A program made the position numbers and the translations under genes. From positions 150,001-182,000 of the forward strand of contig NW_008806289.1 in NCBI RefSeq assembly GCF_000400465.1: a DNA stretch of 32,000 bases, given 5' to 3'. This DNA comes from Wallemia ichthyophaga EXF-994 (taxonomy: Eukaryota; Fungi; Basidiomycota). Position 1 is the stretch's first letter. Each line of letters starts with the position of its first letter. Of this stretch, positions 1-8,356 are shown piece by piece. The notes under the pieces were generated by a model. The model was given only the letters and a program-made list of their open reading frames with translations, ran no database searches and had not been told where the DNA came from.

Positions 1-1
1 A

Positions 2-211
2 GGTGAACTTGACGATTTCGTTAGAGGTTTCCAAGTTTTCGATAAAGATGGCTCTGGCGTCATCGGCGCAGGTGAATTGAGATACGTACTCACTCAACTT
101 GGTGAGAAAATGTCTGACGCTGAGGTCGATGAGTTGTTGAAAGGCGTGCCAATTTCTTCAGATGGAAACATCAATTACCGCGACTTTGCCGCTCACATTT
201 TAGGTGCTTAG
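2..211 (+). CDS. cdc4: EF-hand myosin light chain (Cdc4/Mlc1 type), 3' fragment
   Basis: Frame 2 reads [69 protein letters not shown], stop TAG at 209-211. The [27 protein letters not shown] pattern is typical of fungal Cdc4/Mlc1. The 5' end lies outside the window. Confidence 0.9.
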   Translation, partial: GELDDFVRGFQVFDKDGSGVIGAGELRYVLTQLGEKMSDAEVDELLKGVPISSDGNINYRDFAAHILGA

Positions 212-355
212 TCTTTTTCTCATATTTTTTCTCTTGATTACCCCAAATTGTTTCTGTTTTCTGCTTTGAATTGATTTTATTAAGTTAACAACAGAAATAT
301 AAAATATAAACGCGTTTCATTAAAAAGGTTTGATATAAAGGTCTTGTTTGTCCAT

Positions 356-2693
356 CTACTCATTGTATCTTGGTGGTGGTGAGTTAATTACGTAGCTGTT
401 GTATGTTAGTCTTTCTCTACATCCGCATACACCCTTACTCACCCTTTCGTCGTTCCACTGCCCTTCTCTATCTCCACTCTGATATCATATACCAAATTCC
501 CAGTACTCTCGTCAAACTCTATTGAAGTCCAGTTCCTCCTTGGCATTACATATGGGTAATCACTTTCCTCTCCATTGGTATCAACTTGGAACAACTTGAC
601 TGCATCCTCTTCTGTTTTGATATAATGCAAACTCTTATGCTTCTTGGTAGCGAGATAGTTTACCACTTTAGCTGCAACTGGTGGTGGTGGAGTGTTTACG
701 ATAGCTGACGTAACGACATTAAACATCAATTTATGGTCCTTAGTTGGCTCCTTCTTCTTGCTGTATGTTCTACCAACTGCAGCAGCGTGTACATCTCCAG
801 AAAGGAATGATATACGAAGGTTCTTGTCGAGTGCCAATTTCTGACATTGTTCAATAAACCAATTACGTTCCTTCTTGTGATGCTTAGCACACCAATGATC
901 ATTTAAATCATCAAGCAGCTCGGCATCTTTGTTAAATTTATTAACAAACCCATTCAACCCAAGCCATGGATGTCTACCGATAAATGTGAGCGGGTTACCT
1001 TTCCACTCGAGGAACTTCTCCGCAAACACCATTCGCGGATAGAGGAGAGGCACACCGATAAGCCACACAAGCTGCTCGACTTGCTCAGGCAATCTCTTGA
1101 TAGCTTCGAAACATAAATCCCACGTCGTCCTGCTGCACATCTGATCGAGTTTCCTCTCAGCTCTGCAGTCCAGTCCTAACATGTAAACCTTTGGTCCGAG
1201 GTACGTGAGTGTGTTGTGTGTAGGGAATGGTATGTAGACACCCTCGCCACCAATAATCATCGATTTGAATGTGTGCGGTTTCGGCGCTGGCACTTTGTTT
1301 TCCTCCGCTTTCTGTCGAGCTCGGACTTGCGCAGAAGTTATTTCACCGAAGCCTTGCGGAGATGTGATGCGAGATCCGTCAACTTCCATAACTGTAAACT
1401 GCTGGAAGAGGAGATACCAGAAGTAACCACTTGTACCAATTTTATTGAAGATGGGCGAATACATAAGCTCGTCCGGGTAAGAGCCGAAACCATCAATGAG
1501 GTCGTGGTCATCGAGTATATTTACTTGGGGTATTTTTGCAACAGCTTCACCGAAAGAACCTGCTCTGAACCACTTGGAGTAGTGATTAAAGAAGAACCTA
1601 TCGAGAGCAAACGCAATTGGCTCAGTTAGCGGCATCTTCTGCTTCTCTTCACCATCTTCCATACTAACCCAATCCTGCAATTCAGGCTCGCGCATGAGGA
1701 TATCACAATAAATCTGATCACCGCCTCCAACGACGGTATGGAATGGTTTCTCCTTATGTTGTCTCAAAACATCATCCCATAGTCTAAATGGACCGTTAAA
1801 GTCAGCTGGGTTGACTCCCATCGAGAAACCATTGCAGCTCTGACCGATCCAGCGTAAGTGTTGGGAATGAGCGGGGACGTGGAAGGCATAACGAGCGCCA
1901 CCATTGATGCCATACTCAACGGCATTCTCACTCTCGCCTAGTGGAACATCTATCATGAACCTCCAGAATGTGAAAGTACCTGAAGGTCCTCTATAAACAT
2001 AGATAGGCTGGCCGTTAACGGACTTCTGACCACCGTTCCAGCTGTAACCAAGTATCGGGGTTGGGTCGTAGGTGCTTCCTTCGTCAGCAGTGACTATCAT
2101 AGCAGCACCATACCAAACGCTATCAACAACGGTATCATACTTGAGCATAGGACCACAAACGAATTGCAAGTGTGGTTTGAGGTTTCCCAGGTTATCACGT
2201 TGAGATAGGGACCTCTTTATGCCAGCGTCTGCGCCTGTAGCCTCTGCTTCCTGCTTACTGATTCCAGGACCGGTGTGAGTGCCTTGTAGCTGCACAGCAT
2301 TTTGGCTAATAGCGCTGCCTGGAACTTCATTTGTGGGTGCAAACGTAGTTGGTCTGTAATTAGGTTCCTGTAAGCTGTGAGTGGATATTGTGACAGTGTG
2401 GTGACACAAACCTCGTAAGCAGTCGTAGCGTTGGCGTTTGGTGGATTAGGAATGGCTTTTTCGACCTCATCGGAGGAGAGTGGTGGCTGTGCATTTTCAG
2501 CGTAGCGTTGCTCGTCTGCTGCGCCTTGATCTGGGTGCTTGTTGAGTACCGCTGGTTCAGTTTCTGCGGGTGAGTCGCGGTGTTGGGCGTAGTAGCGGAG
2601 TTCTGCGGGGGTTATTATTATAGCACTATAGTTTCATCAAACAAACTAACCTTCCTCCGCTTTCTTTCTCTCGGCGTGGCTCACTCTGTCCAT
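356..2693 (-). CDS. PhoD-like metallophosphatase-domain protein (fungal type), 4 exons
   Basis: The main ORF carries GGGDQIYCD, LDDHDLIDGFG, LGLDCRAER, SGDVH and SAIVN motifs. Hand-built model: ATG at 2693 (MDRVSHAERKK), introns 2603-2650, 2368-2411 and 396-442 (GT..AG with branch-like CTAAC/CTCAC/CTAT motifs), last exon GYVINSPPPRYNE* ending at 356. Confidence 0.85.
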
Positions 2694-2809
2694 CGTTTAT
2701 CTTCGCAGTTGCGGATTAACGACACAAGCAAAAGCCACCGAGATATTTAAATATAAAATGAATTTTATTTATTTGTACAGTTAAATTACTCGCCTTACTC
2801 AAACAATGT

Positions 2810-3112
2810 CTACTCATCGTCTGAGCCACCGGCAGCGAGAATCTTTGCACGGACGTCTGGCCATTGTTTCTGTCAAATGTGGTCAGAAGGGTGCGTGGAC
2901 CAACAAACAACCAGAACTCACGCCTGCGTTGTTCTTATCCCAGATAGATGTCGTTAAAACGTCGTATCCAATTCCGAATGCAAATGTACCAACGAAGATG
3001 GATGCGACGTATGTACTATTACGTTTGAATAGCGTGTTGTTGAGTGTTTGAGCAAACTACGTGTGTTTTAACCTTTTTATTCACTATCCACGCTCTATCC
3101 ACTCACAGACAT
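2810..3112 (-). CDS. QCR9: Cytochrome bc1 complex subunit 9 (66 aa, 3 exons)
   Basis: Exons 3107-3112, 2922-3056 and 2810-2869, with introns 3057-3106 and 2870-2921 (both GTGAGT..AG). Spliced product MSFAQTLNNTLFKRNSTYVASIFVGTFAFGIGYDVLTTSIWDKNNAGKQWPDVRAKILAAGGSDDE* matches the Qcr9 pattern (FKRNS, one TM helix, WD-N-GKQW-DV, acidic tail). Confidence 0.93.
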
Positions 3113-3164
3113 GATGATTGAAAGTCGTTAAGATAACTAATTACACTCAAAACACATTCATCTG

Positions 3165-4062
3165 CTAATCTATCATATTCTTATTATACTCCCAGTTTTC
3201 TCCTCTCTTCGTCAGCTAAAAATCACTTCAAATCGTTTGAATCGACTTACATCAATCGTATACTTGTAACTCGTATCAGAATTATCTTTTAACACCTTCA
3301 TTATACGTGTATGACTATTCCCTGGCTCGTAGTATATCTGCAGCTGTCTAAACCTTAACGACTGGTAGAAATGTGATCCGAAGAATCCTCCAATGTAGTG
3401 ATTCTGATCTGAGGCAGAGGAAGTAGACGCTGTGGATGCATCTTCTGCCTTTCGAAGTATCGCGTCACTCGTACTCAAAACCTTTTATAATCAGTTTAGT
3501 TTCACTTTGATAGCCCTAGAAACACACACACCTACTTTCACAGCCATCTCCGTATTCAACTTGTTGATTGTCTTCTTTAGGCTACTCATCACTGACATCT
3601 TCTCGCTCTGCTTTATATCTGGATATCGAATGTAGTTTGATATCGTGTCAATAGCTACCAGCTTTATCTGGCGTGTGCAGTGAGCCATATAAGCTGAGCA
3701 ATCCACTTTAACCCACATCAAATGGCTGGCTGTCAATATACCCAGGTAAAGCTATCATAGTTGCCAGAAATGAGGTAATTGACAGTATCCTGATGTACTT
3801 GACACCTTTGCTCCCTCTTTCAACTTAAAATCTCCCAAACAAGCCTCTACTCACGCTCCATAACAATATCATCCCCTGTATCGTGCAAGTTGAGATCACC
3901 GTTGGTATCGATGATTAGTGCATATGCCTTTTCATTACCTTGCTGATTGAGGTACTCTTTGACACTGCTAAGTAATATACGCGTCCGCCCAACCCCAGGA
4001 AGTCCAGATGTATCCGTATACACATCCCCGCCTTCGAGAACAACACGCTCGATTGATTCCAT
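3165..4062 (-). CDS. Minimal RecA/Rad51-family paralog (233 aa, 5 exons)
   Basis: Exons 3855-4062, 3717-3805, 3536-3667, 3251-3481 and 3165-3206 splice in frame through 44-54 nt introns. The product has a Walker A-like GLPGVGRT, ALIIDTNGDL (cf. Rad51 hhYIDTEG), VKYIRILSI, a Walker B-like IKLVAIDTIS, and C-terminal strands RQLQIYY..HTRIMKVLK..YKYTID. Confidence 0.75.
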
Positions 4063-4124
4063 GGTTGTTTGATGGATAGATACTGTTTCCTTTATTAAAA
4101 CAATCAAGCATGTATAAAGTCATT

Positions 4125-5281
4125 TTATGATAAAGTCGCATTCGCAAATCTTCCAGCCCTACAAACACCCTTGTCCGTCTTGATAAGGTGTGGCTTGCTG
4201 TTCTCTGGATTGATCCAGCAAGCTTCGAGTGTATCGAGTGTTCTGAATCCTGGTTGAATGGTCTCAAACACCTTTTTCTTTGGATTGAGTTGACTTTCTG
4301 GTTGGCCTTCTGTGTGTGTGTTAGATGTTTTAGATGTGTTGGCTGTGTCAGCTGTATAGGTACTCACCCTCATATCCTTCAAAGTAGATCCTATCACCTG
4401 GCGCACTACCTTCTGGTGGATTGACAAACTCAACACCGCCATCCTTGCCGTCTGAGGAAGTGGCGCAAAGAACCATGGCAAATGACTTGATACCTCTCAT
4501 AGAAGCTGGCTTGAGGTTGCACTTGAGGTGTGTCAGATGAAGTACAAAGAATGTTCCCACCACTCACGATTGCAACTATCATCTTGTCTTGCATTTCTTC
4601 AATAGGCACATACTTGACCAATCCAGATACAACGGTTCTGGTTTCCGTGCCGAGATCGATCTGCTCGACGTACCTGGAGTATTATCATGAGCAAGTGAAC
4701 GAAAACCAACAACTAAAAACACCCACAAGCTATCAGCATCTGGGTGTTTGTCCACCTTGACAATCTTACCAACACGCAGATCAATCATGTGAGGGCTTGG
4801 TGGTTGTACAGGGGCTGCAGGAGCAGGAGCGGCCTTTTCCTTCTTTGGCTTCTCAGCCTTTTCCTTTTTGCCTTCAGCAGCAGCACCCTGTGCACCCGCC
4901 TTAGAAGTTCCAGCAGCGCCCTCATTAGCACCGCCAGCTTCCTTCTTTGGTTTCTTCTCCTTAGGTGCCTCTGCAACACGCACAGGTGTTGGGAATGTCG
5001 TGAAATCAAATGTAGCCTGTCCAAGGCCCAATTTGCGCGCGGGTGGGAGGTTCTGGAGGAGAGAGAAGTATCTCACTGTGTTTGGGAGAGCGTGGAGTTG
5101 TGCTCCTTGTAATTGTGTCTGTGTGTCTATCGTAAGCGCTGTCTTCTCTGTCTTCTCAAATGTAATAACTTACAATCGATGGGTGCAGCTTCTTGTACAT
5201 TTCCAAATCCTCTGTGGTGTATATGTGCCCGTTAACGAATGTCTTTGGTGCTATTTCCTTTTCAAATTGCGCTAAGTCCAT
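4125..5281 (-). CDS. ARC1: Arc1/AIMP1-like aminoacyl-tRNA synthetase cofactor (GST-like N-terminus, Lys/Ala linker, OB-fold tRNA-binding domain)
   Basis: Spliced across four short introns: [19 protein letters not shown]...; [20 protein letters not shown]; [20 protein letters not shown]; [20 protein letters not shown]; [21 protein letters not shown]; [15 protein letters not shown]. This is the classic Arc1/EMAPII C-domain. Confidence 0.92.
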
Positions 5282-5594
5282 GGCGATGTGGGTACAAGGA
5301 GGGCAATGAGGGAATTGAGTGTGAGTTGAAGTGGACATGCGGGGGTGCTTGTGAGCTACCAGTAAATACCACAAACTACTTCTAGGCGCTGTTGTGTAGC
5401 GCCCACCAGTACTCAACCATAGTACGGCAACGTATACCACCCCAATTGAAGCGAATAAAGCAAATAAAAATAAAACACACGCACCAATCACAATAACCCA
5501 CTCACACACCAAATTCTGACACTCAAATCAAATTTTTGTCTCAAGTGAAGACCTGCGAATCGCCTGATCCCCAACTCTCACCAAGTTCTCGATA

Positions 5595-5863
5595 TGGCCC
5601 ATTCCAACGTCTGGTACTCACGCCCAAGAATCTACGGTAAAGGTTCACGTAGCTGCCGTGTCTGTGGCAAGAACGGACAAGGTTTAATCCGTGTATGTTG
5701 GCTGTGTTGGTGGTGAGAAGTCGGTCTAATCCACTCAATAGAAATACGGTATGGATATCTGCCGTCAATGCTTCCGTGAGAATGCCAGCGCTATTGGTTT
5801 CGTCAAGGTGCGCTTCTTTTCTCCTGCGTTTCTACCACTAACAGATTTTCGCAGTACAAGTAA
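5595..5863 (+). CDS. RPS29: 40S ribosomal protein S29 (uS14), 3 exons
   Basis: [33 protein letters not shown] | [22 protein letters not shown] | YK*. Two introns (GTATGT..ATAG and GTGCGC..CTAAC..GCAG). Both CxxC zinc motifs are present. Confidence 0.96.
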
Positions 5864-6011
5864 AAACAGTTCATTTCGTTTACTTGAAGTATTATATGTT
5901 GCATGTTGCATACATAAAACAGACGATTCCTGGAATTACCCTTTTGATCAAGTGTCTACACCGTCTTTGAAGTTCGACTCGATAGCGGAGGATGTTGCCG
6001 ATTTCCACCTT

Positions 6012-6636
6012 TCAACTGAGCATTTCACTGTCGATAACCCAAGCGACATGATTCTGAGTTCTTCAGTCAGCTTTACTGAGATTGGGTTTAGGGAATACCT
6101 CGATTTGGCATAGATATTCCCTCGAATACCGTAATTGGATATGGGTGGATTGAAGGTATTCTGCCTTGTGATTGTTTGAAATGATATCCAAGTAACTGTG
6201 CTGTAAGATATGAATGACGAGGAGTGAGACGCAAGATATGATGTATCTTATACATAGAGACTCAAATCACTCGCGTATCATAGGTGCTTTACAAGAAAAG
6301 TCAATCAAATTACAACTTCCAACCCATCATCAAATATTTGTGTGCTTCCCCTGCCCCACATGAATAGGCCTTCAGTGGTCTATTTCGCAGTAGATGAGAA
6401 TAGGTGAAGGTAAGAAACTAAACAGAGTCATCGAAATATGATAAAACTGATGATGATGGAATCTGAATGTATTCGTAAGACAATGCATGTTTAAAACTGC
6501 GTTCATCAATACTTCTTATAGCATGAGGAGTCAAATGGGGTGCCCAATTTAATTTAAGCTTTAATTGCCTAGCGTCGTAAATTGTAAATTGTTGGTCTCT
6601 CAGTCACGCTGAATCACCGGAATATCTACGGTACAT
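6012..6636 (-). other. Possible orphan multi-exon coding gene (unresolved)
   Basis: An open frame ...QFTIYDARQLKLKLNWAPHLTPHAIRSIDERSFKHALSYEYIQIPSSSVLSYFDDS can be chained in frame to [59 protein letters not shown]. Several donors are weak and the start is unclear. Confidence 0.3.
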
Positions 6637-6738
6637 AGTTAATTGCTATTCGATGAGTTTAAAAAAAAATTCGTGCAGGTTTGGGCTAAAGACATATTGC
6701 TTGAGTATTGTACTATAAAAGAACAACAGTGTTTCAAC

Positions 6739-6823
6739 GGCTGATTGGCGCAGTGGTAGCGCAACAGATTCCAATCTGATTGGTTCCATCTGGAGGTCGG
6801 GAGTTCAAATCTCTCATCGGTCA
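6739..6823 (+). tRNA. tRNA-Trp(CCA) with 13-nt intron at 37/38 (6775-6787)
   Basis: Acceptor stem GGCTGAT/ATCGGTC+A, D-arm GCGC-AGTGGTA-GCGC, anticodon CCA at 6771-6773, T-arm GGGAG-TTCAAAT-CTCTC, followed by TTTT. Mature length is 72 nt after removing TCTGATTGGTTCC. Confidence 0.95.
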
Positions 6824-6976
6824 AACTTTTGCCCTCTTCAACAAGAGTATTTTGTGAACTCAAGAAATCTCTTTTCACTAACTACTTTTTTGTATAAATT
6901 AAGCTAATGTATCACAGGTAGTGCAGTGGATAAGGATGAATGAGTGGGACAAAATGATATATGATATGCCAGAAAG

Positions 6977-7807
6977 CTAAAACCAAGATCCGAGAGTCTA
7001 TAATTATTCGTAGTGTTAGAAATATAAGTAAGAAGGATAAATAAACCACCTTCTTTGCAGATTCTGTGAAAAGTGTCGGGAGTGAAGTGTTAGAGATATA
7101 CCAATCTACACAACCCATACGCACCTTTAGCAGCTGTATTTTGAGCCTGTGTTGAGTGTAAGAAAAAGGGCACTAAAAGGTCACAAAACCCCAGAAACGC
7201 ACCTCGCCAGCCATTTTAGAAGCGTTTGAAGCGAGCCCGTGGAACTGTTCCTCGACCTGAAGAAGGTGATGTGAGAAAGGATGTGTATAAACGGGCAACA
7301 AGTGTCTCACCTGCGTAAGTACCTCTCCTCGTTCATCTGGATAAGCACAGGGGTGGTGAGCAAATGATCAAATCTCTTGGCAAAAAGCATGATGACCCAC
7401 TAAAAGCACGCTGGACTTGAGTGAAGATGCTGTTTTCATTAGCATCACGCTCCTTAGCGCGGTCTTTCTTGTATTGGTAGTATTTCTTAAGATTAGTGTC
7501 CTCAATTTCATCCTCTTCATCTGCCCACAAATCTCGGTTCGATTGTCTCCAGCCCTGTCTGCGCTTATCTTGTTTAGAGGAATTTTTAGTGGGTTTGGAA
7601 GAGGTGGGCTGAGTAGCACTGCTATCGCCACCTTGAATTGCTGTGAGATTTAACCGTTTTAGCACCGTATCACCCACTCAATTTGTTGGAAATGGAGGAG
7701 AACCATGAAGGGGAGGAAGTGGAAGTATCTGGTTTACTATTGCTGCTATTGCTATTGTTGTTATTGCTGCCATCGTCACCGCCTTTGAATTTACTAAAAA
7801 AGCTCAT
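6977..7807 (-). CDS. Small soluble protein with C-terminal R-SNARE (synaptobrevin/tomosyn-tail-like) motif, 168 aa, 7 exons
   Basis: Exons 7678-7807, 7401-7640, 7311-7336, 7203-7256, 7125-7146, 7050-7063 and 6977-6997 sum to 507 nt and splice in frame. The C-terminus is NSIFTQVQRAFNERGEVLTQVEEQFHGLASNASKMAGEAQNTAAKESAKKTLGSWF*. No TM segment. Confidence 0.75.
7735..7772 (-). repeat. Imperfect AAT/AGC triplet repeat encoding an Asn/Ser tract
   Basis: The minus strand reads GGC AGC AAT AAC AAC AAT AGC AAT AGC AGC AAT AGT in exon 1 of the R-SNARE-motif gene. Confidence 0.6.
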
Positions 7808-7875
7808 GCTGATGGATAAAGGGAATGGAAAGGGGAAATCAATTGAATGACAATATCTGAATAACTATTATAAAT

Positions 7876-8202
7876 CTAACCTTGGCGCTGTATTGAGTAT
7901 ATCATTCAGCCTTGTACTTATACTCAACACACTACACAACTCACCTGCTTATGCTTTGGATCCTTTGAGCAAATAACATACAACCTCGCCTTCCTCCTGA
8001 CTATCGAGCAACCGTCGCACATTTTCTTTACAGAGGACCTAACTTTCATTCCGTGCTGTTGTTGGTGGTGTTGCTGCGTCGGTGTACTCGTATCACGGCT
8101 ACTCAATGGCAATAGCGTTGATTTAGATTGTATCCCGCGTACACTACTAGTCAATGGCTGCCTCAGCCCACTTATCGCACCTCTTCCAACCACTCTGAGC
8201 AT
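7876..8202 (-). CDS. RTC6: Mitochondrial ribosomal protein bL36m
   Basis: Arg/Ser-rich presequence followed by [36 protein letters not shown] | RQG*. One GTGAGT..ATACAG intron. C-C-C-H zinc-ribbon ligands are present. Confidence 0.93.
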
Positions 8203-8356
8203 CTTATTATATGATGGATGTAACTAACCGAGAAGACTTAACATTCGCTATAGCTATAAAGCAATTTGATTACGTTAAATTTACAATTAGGATATAGGAA
8301 TTTATCCAAATTCATCTAATATTAAGTAGAGTGAGATTCTTTCTTTACCCACCGAC

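Noticed and set aside
5385-5403. Inverted repeat GGCGCT-N7-AGCGCC (with a nearby GTACT/AGTAC) in the ARC1/RPS29 divergent promoter
   Set aside because: Six-bp stems are expected by chance. No snoRNA box motifs or known element could be assigned.
5751-6113. 120-aa plus-strand ORF extending from RPS29 exon 2
   Set aside because: It is read-through of RPS29 intron 2. The canonical S29 C-terminus (FVK|YK*) is restored by splicing.
6639-6878. 79-aa minus-strand ORF
   Set aside because: It is antisense to the tRNA-Trp gene and has no coding features.
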